DNA of 64,000 bases from Albugo candida (Eukaryota), in contig JBDOQK010000067.1 of the NCBI GenBank assembly GCA_040437565.1, forward strand, positions 62,001 through 126,000, read 5' to 3'. Numbering within the stretch: the stretch's first letter is position 1; the number at the start of each line of letters is the position of its first letter. The position numbers and the translations under genes were made by a program. Under the pieces are notes generated by a model that saw only the letters and a list, made by a program, of their open reading frames with translations, was not told the origin of the DNA and ran no database searches. This document shows positions 1-11,217 of this stretch, piece after piece.

Positions 1-1309
1 CATTCGGACGAAAGTGACCAATGTAAGAAGCGATCAAACCAACGAAAAGAGCACTGTTGTCAAAAAACATGTGACCAGCATCACCAATCAAGCCCAGAGA
101 ATTTGTACTGTATCCTACTAGGAACTCGACGACCATGTACATGATATTGATACATAAGAAAAGCAGAATTCTGCGAGACTCGGTGGTAGTCCATACTGAC
201 TTTAGCATAGATACTAAATGATTAGTATAATAGTGAGAATGCGTTGCATCCACTTTGGAAGTTTGTGTAAAAGGACACGCATCAAGGCATTTCTTGAGTG
301 CTCGCCCTTCGGGCTGAAAGTACTGCGTCCAAATGAGAATAGCCGAGATCATCATTTCGACGCATGTCCAAGAAGTGAATTGCTTGTACACCACTATGTA
401 TGCACACCTACTGAGTGCAGCGGTACTGATGGCCACCATTCCGCGTTTCGCACCGTTTCCACCATAAAAGATGTTGGATTGGTACAATTGTACGCTTGGC
501 AATGAGAGAAAAGTAAAATAAAGCCCTGTTAAAAAGAGAAATGTAATCCATAATTCGAATTGTTTTGATTGAGTAGCTCTATACGGATCCATCGCTGTGT
601 ATTTCATTATTGGCAATCGACGAAAGGAGGAAGAACCGACGGCAAAACATATCGATAGTAGCCAAGTCAGCAATAACGACCGATTATGACGTACTTGTGT
701 CAAGCTAGCGGCTTCGACCCTTCTCTCCCGTTGGGACATGCGCATACGGCTATGTACACAGACTGAACCAGCCATGAGACCGATAGCATGTATCAACATA
801 CTAGGATCCGAAACATTGCTTCCTGCAATCACAAGCATCCCCGCTCCAGTGATTATACTTCTAGCGTATCTCACCAGATAGCTTCCCCTTTTACTTGTGT
901 CCGAATTGTAAGAAAGCAAATGAACCAGTGGAATCGGTAATAAAGTGTCCAACTTTTCGATCATAATAGAGAATAAGTAACCAAAATGGCGTACCGAATA
1001 AAACCGAATCAATTCTCTAAGAAATAGGATAAAGCCATCCGTAACGCATTGGTACACGTGCTTTTTGTGGTTGCATGCTATCGCCTCAATGGGATTGTCG
1101 GTACATGACCTCCAAATCAGCTTCCGGTCTAATGTTTTCACGAATCGAATGCTTTGAAGCCCGCACAGAACGGTATAAATCAAGGCAATCGCTACAGCAT
1201 CGGTAGATTGTCCACCTGTTTGGTTTATTTGCACGCATTTAATCATCAATAATGCACCGATTGAAATCAAAGTATCATATAATGCAGCTATCCAACCAGC
1301 GCCATTCAT
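1..1309 (-). CDS. Cation diffusion facilitator (ZnT5/ZnT7/Msc2-like zinc transporter) with long hydrophobic N-terminal extension; 3' end runs off the window
   Basis: Absent from the ORF track because there is no stop in the window. Manual translation from ATG 1309 (MNGAGWIAALYDTL...) stays open to base 2. It ends ...SRRILLFLCINIMYMVVEFLVGYSTNSLGLIGDAGHMFFDNSALFVGLIASYIG, the CDF TM1-TM2 signature (NSLGLxxDAxHMxFD). Confidence 0.88.
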   Translation of the reverse strand, partial: MNGAGWIAALYDTLISIGALLMIKCVQINQTGGQSTDAVAIALIYTVLCGLQSIRFVKTLDRKLIWRSCTDNPIEAIACNHKKHVYQCVTDGFILFLRELIRFYSVRHFGYLFSIMIEKLDTLLPIPLVHLLSYNSDTSKRGSYLVRYARSIITGAGMLVIAGSNVSDPSMLIHAIGLMAGSVCVHSRMRMSQRERRVEAASLTQVRHNRSLLLTWLLSICFAVGSSSFRRLPIMKYTAMDPYRATQSKQFELWITFLFLTGLYFTFLSLPSVQLYQSNIFYGGNGAKRGMVAISTAALSRCAYIVVYKQFTSWTCVEMMISAILIWTQYFQPEGRALKKCLDACPFTQTSKVDATHSHYYTNHLVSMLKSVWTTTESRRILLFLCINIMYMVVEFLVGYSTNSLGLIGDAGHMFFDNSALFVGLIASYIGHFRPN

Positions 1310-1441
1310 TGATCGATTATCGAGCCACAATCCGTCTCGAGAGTGAACAAAAGGTAGTGTCCGATGTCGCATTTGCATGCGAATTGATATTTAAAATTAA
1401 GTGTATGTTTATTGGATAATAATGTCCAATAATGAAACTCA

Positions 1442-3469
1442 TCAAATCTGCTCGGCTTCGGCATCGGCATCGGCTCCATTTGCTTGCGCTGTTGAACGAA
1501 TGCCATCCAGAAATGCACTAATCGCTATGTGCAGTAATAAATTATACGTAGGTCGCTTTGAATACATATAGAACGCTTACCATCTCCACTTGTTGTTCCG
1601 AATCCAGCACTCAGGCCAAAGTTGGACATGATCTCGTAGAAATTACCAGAATCGAGTGCAGCTGATAACGAAGCAATGCTTTGGCGGAGCTGAGGCGAGT
1701 GGAACTTTGTATACACCCTAATGAACCTCTAATGCGTCCTATTTTCAATACAAAGCTTACAGTTTCTTGCAGCTCCGTTATTGTTTGCAATCCTTCAGGG
1801 AGCTCCTTGATCAGTCGTTCCGCAGCCCTCTCATCGTTCAAAACCAAAGAACCAATATTGTTCACGTGTAGAATCTTCAAAAGCGATATTCTTCTTTGTG
1901 GCGGTGGCTACAAATGACAGCTTAAAGGTCATGCGTTCAACATGACGTAACTCGACACTTACCACGAGCGTTTGGACGGTCTCAAGAGCTTTCTGCAAAT
2001 AGTCTGCGCTTACAGACGCGACTCTGGATGGGAGAGTATTATTTTGTGTCATTGATGACAAAGGTTTTTCAGGTGCCAAGTCACACAACCTTGAAGAATT
2101 CCCGGATGCTTGCCCTTGATTCCGCGAGTCGGATCGTACTCCTAGTCAAGGGTATGGATGTGGGTGAGGAAAAGAGGCGAATGATTATGATCCACACCTA
2201 CAAATTACACATCGAACACGAGCATATATGAATGTGGTCCAAATATTGTTCCAGCACTACTTACTTGAGATGAGGTAGCAGCTCAGCAAAGATAGATCAA
2301 CACCCGAAAGAAATCTGAATCATTCTTTAATCCAATTATCTCTGCTCTGATGTTTCTACGATACCGGCTCCATCTTCAGGATGTTGAGCTATCGCCTGGT
2401 TGAATGCTTGCATCACCACCCTCTCCTGTGGGACCATGATCGTGACTTTGCGTATTACCTTGCTGATCACTCGAAGCTGCGGTGTGTGTCTCACGCATAC
2501 TTTCCTCAATAGCCATTCGAAGCAATTCCTCTTCAGACATCTCATCAACTTCCATATTAGCCACATCGTGATCCTGTGTCGATGCTGTTGTAGCTGCAAC
2601 GGAGCTAGCGGCTCCACTTTGAGATCCGTGAGAGGATGCAGAAACTGCCGATGTTGCCGGAGAAGATGTCGCCGATTGCGCTGGAAGTCCCATTTGCTGC
2701 AAAATATTCTGCAATTCGGACATTTGCACCGAGCTGTTTCCTGTGTTACGACTTGTGCTCCTATTTGCAGGCGTACCGCGACTGTTTTCTCCACTCGCCA
2801 TTGCGCTGCACAGAAGCTTCGTTTAGCAAATTCCATTCCCTACATTTTTGGAAACGACTGACCCGAGCATTTGCATGATCGCTGTTTGATCCAATTGCAT
2901 ATTTCCACTTCTTCCTCCTTCATTGTTACCTTGTCCGGAGACCGAGTTATTCATCGCATCATTCAGCCTCTTCGTGACTTCAGAATCGCGTAATGCGTCC
3001 TTGTTCTATATCATGATGAATTCCATCTCAATACACGCAATATCATTCACAAAATGATCGTCACCTGCATCCAGTAAAAGAATCGGCGAGAAGAGTTTTT
3101 GTATTGCAGGAGATACACTCGGTCATGTTCTCGGCCAGTATTCACACGCGAAAATGTCGCTTCTTCTGGGAAGATTATCACGTCCTCTTGACTTACTCCC
3201 GTCTGGCGATCAAGCCATTGAAAATGAACCAGCTGATCCTCTCCTTTGTACAGACAAATCTTCCCTTTCTTCATATCTGGTGTCACCAACACTTTGCCAT
3301 TATTTGTAGGTTTTGCGTGCATTTTCCCAGCATTAAAAGAAACGATCTCACGCTACACGTAGAAGAGAATCTTACTTATGCATAGATTTTAGATCTCGAT
3401 TACCTTTCCCGATGCGGCAGCGCCTCCAAACACGTCACCAAATTGTGAGAAAAGCGAGCGCTGAGCCAT
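1442..3469 (-). CDS. RPN13: Proteasomal ubiquitin receptor Rpn13/ADRM1 (multi-exon)
   Basis: Pru domain (SFNAGKM...VTPDMKKGKICLYKGEDQLVHFQWLDR...RVYLLQYKNSSRRFFYWMQ), a low-complexity linker and a DEUBAD-like C-terminus (ERLIKELPEG...ELQET...SPQLRQSIASLSAALDSGN). GT-AG introns. ATG 3469, TGA 1442-1444; internal exon borders approximate. Confidence 0.88.
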
Positions 3470-3566
3470 TTTGATATCTATTATTTTCAGTCAAAGTCGA
3501 ATCTGCGACACATTTGGTAAGTACGGTACTGCTCTTGGATGCCGCATAGAACTCAAGTACAGCCGA

Positions 3567-4679
3567 ATGAAAATTCTTATTGTGCAGTATGGTGGGTGAT
3601 ATGCTTAAAGCGATACTAATGCACTCACATGATGATGATAAGATCCCAAGATAGGAAAAGTTGTGGAGAATATGAATGTACCACGATCTCTAACTTAATC
3701 TAGATTCTGGGGACGTCATCTCATAGTTTTGCGTGTGCAAGCGTAGCATGTTGATAATCTGCTGAGCGCGTACACTGATAAGGTCGATCTTTTGGTGTTA
3801 CCGGAAGTAAGAGATACTTTGCTGACTTTGAATGGGATACAATTACGTGCTGGATTCTCTTTTGTAGATGGCTTTCACAGGGTACGTTTTCAAAAGTAAG
3901 GAGGACATTGAGCCATTCGCTGAGCGCTCGGATGTGGGTGTCACATTCAAGTGGGCAGAAAAGCATGCAAAGCGATTATCATGCACAGTAATATGTGGCT
4001 ATGTTGAAATCGAAGAACAGGATCACGAGCGTGAGCGCATCGTCGTGTTAAAATTATTCACTCTTATTTTTAACACATATAAATTAGCTCCCAAACTTTA
4101 CAACTCGATGATCATGGTCAATCCAGATGGTCAATTAGTTTGCAACACAAGAAAGGTATGTAAATCATCTCCATTCATCGACAAAGTTAATCAATTTGCT
4201 GCATGTAGACTTTTCTCTATGAAACGGACAAGTCGTGGGCGACACCAGGAGATGGTTTTAAATCATTATATTGTCCCGCTTTACAAAAGCACGTCTCTCT
4301 TGGAATTTGCATGGATATCAACCCATACAACTTCACGGCTCCTTTTGACAAATATGAGTTCGGTAATAACGTGGTGAAAGAGAATCCAAGCGAGCTGGTG
4401 ATTTTCACGTGTGCTTGGAGTGACTTCGATAGTGAGCAAGAGGATGTCATGCCGACCTTACAGTACTGGGCATCTCGGCTAAAACCAATCATTGAAGCGT
4501 TGAAAAGTGAGATGTTTGGGTTTGAGAATTGCTACTTTGTCTGCTCAAATAGAACTGGGACTGAGAATGGAGTGCATTTTGTGGGTGGTAGTTGTGTCTT
4601 GTCACTTAAAGAACCAGAAATTATAGCATGTGCTAGCCGTAATGAAGAAGTGGTTTTGGAGGTTACATTACCGATTTGA
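3567..4679 (+). CDS. NTA1: Nitrilase-superfamily protein N-terminal amidase (yeast Nta1-like), multi-exon
   Basis: MKILIVQY|DPKIGKV...DLLVLPE|MAFTGYVF...LYNSMIMV...RK|...LGICMDINPYNFTAPFDKYEF...YWASRL...SNRTGTE. The E-K-C catalytic triad lies in Nta1-type contexts. Confidence 0.85.
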
Positions 4680-7600
4680 CAGTTTATGTTGTCAATGAAT
4701 GATCTTCCACCAGAGGACTAATACAAACGCCTAGTCAGAGATTTTTCTATCACAACATCATACCAAAAGGACTTGTGAATGTGTGGGTCGGCTTAAGTAG
4801 CTTTAGGATCATAAAAAACTCAATAGTTTTTGGAAAAGCTGAATACTTGCCTATGGCGAATGTAAGGATCTCTTGCATTCTCTTCCACTGACTCAGAATG
4901 ATGTCACATGCATAGAGACCGTTCAAAAATCTGTAATACTGAATGGTGATGATGGGATATTACCACTCAATATCTCGGCATTGTTGCATTTTGATTTTCT
5001 TCCTGTTTTGTCGTTGTATCTGTAATTGGGCTGCATTGATGCAGTATGGCTCATGGTTTCTTCCACTATGCCGAAACGCGCACGCATTGATACATCACGC
5101 GGCATGATTTGATTTCTTGGGCAAAAAAGCAAATCTTAGATAATAGATAATAACTATGTCATGAATGACGGTATGGAGTGTCCCGGTGGGCCCTGAAGAG
5201 GTAGCTCCTATAAAACCAGGCAGCAAGAAGTAGCATCTCGTCTCTTCGAATAAATGAAATAGCTTACAATTAGTATGGATTTTTATTGAGTAGAGTAAAT
5301 AGATCACTAAGGCTACGCGTGCTACAATTGTTGATGGTGGACAAAATTACGTGCGAGCTCGTCAGAAGTGGCACTACAGACGTTACGAGCAATAAACAAG
5401 TGCTTGTGTTTTTGATAACTGGGGCTCAATGATGAAGTAGTGTTAAATAGAAAAAAATCCTCACCTGTAGGCCCTTATATGAAGAAGAGTCACCATGAAT
5501 TTCGCATAAATGTAAGCGTAAAAGAGTGTAAGAGATTGCACGCAGTTGAGAGGGATGTCGCCATCGTCATTTGCAATATTTGCATCTTTTTTACATCACG
5601 TCATCGGTCTTCGCAGAATATTGGCTCTCTAGTCAGACCGACTGGAAAAGAGGCTGAATCTATCTCTCAGTTTTAATGAAGAACAGAGCGACTGCGCTTA
5701 GAGCGCTATTGGCACATACAAGAGAGCAATGAAGCGATGATGGAGTTTATCCACTTTCAGGGCTAGACGTCGCAGTTGAACGAGCAATAGCGTGATAACA
5801 GTCATCATGTTCTACTGCTCGTTCAAGATTTTCCATAAAAAATGTCCTAACGGGCTGACTTTAGCAAATACCTATAAATGCTTTCACGAAGACAGCCGTC
5901 TCAACGAGGGTGGCTTCAGGAGCACCATAATGACAAATACTTTGCATTGGCAAATGCAAACTACAGTGGTCATCGGCCGGTGTGATGCGCTGATTAGCTT
6001 GTTCTATGCTATAGTCTACGACTAAAGCGCACTTTCGTGACACACACGATCATCGAACCAGAAATCAGCAAGCTAGAATACATAAAAATCTGAAATAAAT
6101 TTTTGTAGGAGCTTGCTAAGAACCTTTGACCACTATTCGGTACATGCTCAGCCATTTGGAATGTTGATTTAGAGAGCAAAAGTAATTCTATGCATCCTCA
6201 CGTTACTGTCGCTTCTGAAATTAACTTCCTAGGCGATCTTCAGATAATGTAGCTTACTGTGTATGTCTATAGATCCAGCTTGTGATAACCCATACTCAGC
6301 ATGTGTAGCCATTCAGCCATTTAATCAAGGTCAAGGCACTTGGATGCACGACGTTAGTTCGAGGAGCGCTCAACACGTCAGTATCTCAACTTTTGATGGA
6401 TTGCAGTTACGCCAAGTACAAGCGAGTCACATGTCGGACAAGAAATCTCCTTACACGCATATCGTAGGAAAGGCAGCTCGTTTCGTATTTTGTATCAAGC
6501 CGTATGAAGTCACTTATTCTCATTTTTTAATCATGGTTGTAAGTGTGGTTACAATAAAAACAATCGGAAGTTCAGATGGCTACCATACGCTGTGAGCCCT
6601 GGAGAAACACAGATCGTACAGGCCGCGTTCAAAATGCTGCTCAAGACTTTATGTCTGATCAAACCATGTAGTGGAAGCGAGCTGACTTTTCGTCAAGTAT
6701 TTTATGAATCTGAGGACGGATGTGCCAATCCTGGGTACTTTTGCCAAGTTCGGGTTTCACATCAGAACACAGGTATTTGGATTACTGGGACGTCATCTTC
6801 ACAATTCTTTTATCACTCTCACTGCGGACGTCCTGGCGCTATGCAGAATGGGAAAAGCGAGGAGGCGAATCCTTGATTAAATATACTGTAGTAGCTGCTG
6901 AACTTCCTGTGCATGTTTCTTTCAGTAACGGTTCTTCATTTATGTGAATGACAATGCTTCGCTACAAAATTTCTGGATAAAATCTTGCTTCCCGAAGCAT
7001 AATTTTCGTTCCTTGAAAAATCCTGGAAGCAGCAGATATTGCAGTCTGAGCCATGAAAACGTTCCAGTTACAAACTCTGGAAACAAGTCTCGGTGACCCA
7101 AAATGGTTTCTACATGTGGTTTTTACGTCGCTGTAACATGACGAACCTCATGATGAGATCTTCCAATCGATCTGATGGCCATTTCTATTGCTTTTTCCTC
7201 ACAATTAGACACATTGGTTTGTACCGTTATTCCTTGAAGAAGTAAGATGGTGATGATGTCCATCAACCTTTTATCGTGCTGGTGGGAACAAGTTTAATTT
7301 ATATGTAATGCTTGATATGGGCACTTCGGCGTTAGATCGATCGTTTTGCAACGATTTACCTAGTCGAATGAGTCGCCCAAGTCTTAAAATAACATCAATC
7401 GATTCTACAGGTGTGAGATACCTGCAACCATTAGACTATCATGAATGATGCGTGCCAACAATCCAGTCACCAAATCCAACGTACAATTGTGGCAAGTTCG
7501 TGGCGAAAAAAAGAAGGAATTCTAGATCTCACCTGAACCCAATAGCTTACTTGAAAATTTGGCGCCTTGATTCGGGAAAGCGAGACGATTCGTCCGAAAG

Positions 7601-9610
7601 GGTGGCAGCATATCCATCGCGATATGTTTTGTACCCATCTTCATGATCAAATCTTCAAAGATCTTTCATGGCGTCAGCGGCGCTATCAAACCAGCTTCCA
7701 CATTTTTCTCTACGTTTCACAAAAGTTCGCTTCTCATTATGATTGTATGTCTGACAGAGGGTAAAATGTTTTCTTCAGGAGAGGGTGTAATTGAGGTACG
7801 ATACAATACGAATGATCAGGATCACCTTGGTGTTGTACATGCGCACGATAAATGCTTCGAAGTCACAAACACGGTGGTTTTTCAATCTCCTGCATACAAC
7901 AGGCGGCCCGGAACGAAATTCAGAAAGACTCAGTCATCTTCAAATAGCAGTGCGATGGATATTCGCTTGTGGCATCATTCGGAGCATTGATAAATGTGCA
8001 TCAAGGTGAGAAGCTGTACGCGAAGTGAAGTATCACGATCCAAGTGCGTACTTGTCATCAGTGTGATGCGCCTGTGATCATAGTTAGTCCGTGTGAGAAC
8101 AACAATGAAAGAAAACGCTTTATGATAAATGAATCATGCTATCAGTATCCTACTTGTGTTTACCATCTGACGGCACTGCGGCGCCGAGAGAGATCGTAAA
8201 AAACAGCCGCAGAGCGTCATTAAAATGAAATCCATTCTAACCATGAAATTTTGAAGGGACCGTGTATTCGCAAAGTAGAAAGTAAAACGAAGAAATTGTT
8301 GCACGGAATAGCTTGAAAATCTAGCACATCACGAAGAGACACCACATTGATGAGGGTGCATTAAAATATTCGTACATGGTTGGGAAGTTTTAATGGGTCA
8401 GTGTCTCTACCTCTGGACGCCATTTCCCGATATCTACCCTTTGATTATCGAAATGCACCCGACTCATTCATTTACTTCGCCTTTTTTCACTGTTACAAAG
8501 ATTGTCTAGACGTTTCGCATAAGGACGCTTCTACATTCGCTCCTTAGTATCAACGGTAGACTTTTCTACTGATATTCCACCGTGATTCTAATGGTGCGGT
8601 TCCTATATCTCCATGCACCCGCTGACGTTTGATACAACACGATGAGCATTCTTCGTATCCGGTGATAGCAACCAAGCATAAGCATAATGTCGCTTGGGAG
8701 TGAAATGACTCCGCTTTTTGCATATGGTATGTCACCATTCGAAGATACTCTTAAACGAGTTTCCGGAAAATTGGAGCTTGAACAGAGGTCATATAATTCT
8801 TGTTGCCGCTTTCTGCATCTGTTTTATCCGTACTATCAGCCTATGCAACTTATGACTGTGTGTAGACGTGAGAAGTGGTCAAAATTTCGAAATCTATCCA
8901 GTTTCACATGAATTCGCACAGAGATGGCCCCTACCTCGTGCTCATTGAGGCGTAAATGACCGTGATTCGGTCATTCAGAATCTTTGGAATGGAATTGGGA
9001 ATTTTTTGATTCTTTACTGGCATGTGCTGCGCCGAAGCGTCAATGTTCTCATGCAAAATTGCATGCTGCGCTTCCTTTTGATCTCATTGGTAGCAGCAGT
9101 ATCTGCATTCGTCGTACCCGTATATGCATTTCACCAATTAATGTAGTGCCGGACTCTACCGAGATCGTAAGGTAGCAACAAATGCCGAAGGTATAACTGC
9201 CACCATCAACAGTTATGTAGGCTGGAGTATTTCGATTAATGTTGGCAATTCAGTCTTGCTTATTCGTTGCAAAATGAAAAGCTACAAGAATGAACATTAA
9301 GCATTGATTATATAGCGGTAACCGCGTGACACTATTCTCGATATTCTAGAATATTTTGCAGGCGAATCTGGACGTAGACAAAGGTGATTATAAACTTGAG
9401 GGTGCACTGTTCTTTGATTAGGAAAAAAGTCAATAATACGTATTTGTAACACCTTACAAAAGGGCAACGAGTCAACCAAATGAAATGCACAAGTAAGTAC
9501 AGCACCGAACTTATCGAACACTCGGTTTGCTCAGTATCAATGGTAGACGCAATCCACTCTGTTTTGGGAACAGAAGATCAAAGGTTCAGACTATTACTAA
9601 GTGTTCATAC

Positions 9611-9691
9611 TAGGGCTGCAAATGGATCTGGACCTGGATCCATTGGATATCCATTTGAGATCCAGATCCAGTGGATCCATTTGCAGCCCTA
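9611..9691. mobile_element. 81-bp hAT-type MITE
   Basis: Perfect 18-bp TIR TAGGGCTGCAAATGGATC. 8-bp TSD GTTCATAC at 9603-9610 and 9692-9699. The interior is built of GGATC/GATCC motifs. Confidence 0.85.
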
Positions 9692-9917
9692 GTTCATACT
9701 GAGAAGCACGGAAATATTTTGAGCAATTTCAATCGAAAAGTGTTTTATTTCAACTTAGGTTCTAAGTTCGCCCAATCGGTTAATCTTAGTTTCTCACTTT
9801 TGATCCAATAACATTGATTGCTGGCAATGCCGAGGATATCCTCAGATATCCATCCGTTTAAGCTGCACCACCTAAACTCGTATCATCATCGCCAACAAAA
9901 TAAAGTTATTTTTGAAT

Positions 9918-10742
9918 GGGTACCGCTAACCAGCCCGCAGTTTTCGCTAATCAGCTCTCACCCTTAAACACAGCACCCTTAAGTTATGATTACGAGTTCT
10001 GATTGGCTAAATACAGCACCCTTAAGTTATCATTACGAGTTCTGATTTGCTAGAGAAATTATACTTATCTAAGAAGCGGTTTTACAATGTTAAGATTGGC
10101 TTAAACGAGCAATAAGCTCTATAAAAGGACGCAAACCAACATGTTCTTAATCATCGACAGTATCCAAAGCATCAAGATGGATCTCAGCTTTGGCTGAGCA
10201 AGCCGCGTCGTCGTTATTACGAGATTCATTGCACCTTCTTCTGTTGTGTCCTGTTCGTCCACATTTGCCACATCGTCTTTGCGGTCGAAGACACGCCTCC
10301 AGCACCTCAAACTGCGATAAATTGCGTTGCGTCGATCCTGACGTACGTCCGCGTATGCGTGGATTTGAAGGATTAGGACAATCTCATCCGGGACGGTAAC
10401 TAGGTGCTCGAGGATCACCCTTTTGTGATATGTCGAACCCCGTCGTATTGTTCGCGAACCCATTTTGGTGTTTGTCTATTGATGGTGTTGGTGCAAGGTT
10501 TATCTCCCAAACAGGCTGAACGATTGGCCAAACGGAAGAGTAATGGTATGACGAAACTTGCCAGCTCTCGCGTTTCGAACGGTCTATAATATATTAGTAT
10601 AGTCTCTCTAGCAAATCAGAACTCGTAATGATAACTTAAGGGTGCTCTATTTAGCCGATAAGAACTCGTAATCATAACTTAAGGGTGCTGTATTTAAGGG
10701 TGACGGCTGGTTAGCGATCACTGGGGCTGGATAGCGGCTCCC
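9918..10742. mobile_element. Non-autonomous Mutator-like (MULE) DNA transposon, 825 bp
   Basis: Imperfect TIRs of about 148 bp (9918-10065 and 10596-10742) with GGG...CCC termini. Each contains two tandem copies of a ~43-bp unit (CAGCACCCTTAAGTTAT[G/C]ATTACGAGTTCTGATT...). 9-bp TSD TTTTTGAAT at 9909-9917 and 10743-10751. Confidence 0.85.
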
Positions 10743-11068
10743 TTTTTGAATATCAAATTTTATTTATACAAACTAAGGTAAGACAAGTGATGAGTCAGTA
10801 CCAAAGCTGGTTTATTAATTTTTTCTACCTAACAGTTGCTGTATTATGATCTTGCCAGGGGTTCTTGCGTGCTTCTTAGGTATTTCGAATTGTTTACCAC
10901 ACAAAGACCCAAAAAAGCAAGAAAGAAAACCCAAAGATTTTGATGGTCCGTGCACGGATCCAAGAGATCGGATCGTAGCATAGGCTTGCCGGATATTTTA
11001 GCATCCAGCCCCTCTGCAGCTTCATGTGATGTTGTGGGACACACACTAACTGAGGTCGGTGTGAAAGC

Positions 11069-11217
11069 TGTTGACAGGTGAGCGAAGATGCGGTGTTCCA
11101 GGAAAATTGCCAAAACTGAGGATTTGTTTTTTAGAAAATTAAAATCCTAACCAATCGTTTAAACTAAGTTCCAAGTGCGACTAGAAAAGTAAAACACATT
11201 GTTAGGTTCTTTCAGCA
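11069..11217 (-). repeat. 3' LTR of the copia element (149 bp), with adjacent polypurine tract
   Basis: TGTTGACAGGTGAGCGAAGATGCGG...TTCTTTCAGCA. The PPT reads GGAAAGGAACGGG on the minus strand at 11218-11230. Confidence 0.9.

Noticed and set aside
700-735. GGCTTCGACCC tRNA T-loop-like motif
   Set aside because: It lies inside the open CDF transporter frame and lacks a cloverleaf context.
4900-9500. Many short ORFs in the gene-sparse region
   Set aside because: No recognisable domains, signal peptides or consistent exon chain; possibly decayed repeats but unassignable by eye.
9971-10056. Repeated 43-bp units resembling a CRISPR-like array
   Set aside because: The units are tandem without unique spacers and are mirrored in the opposite TIR. 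They belong to a eukaryotic transposon end.
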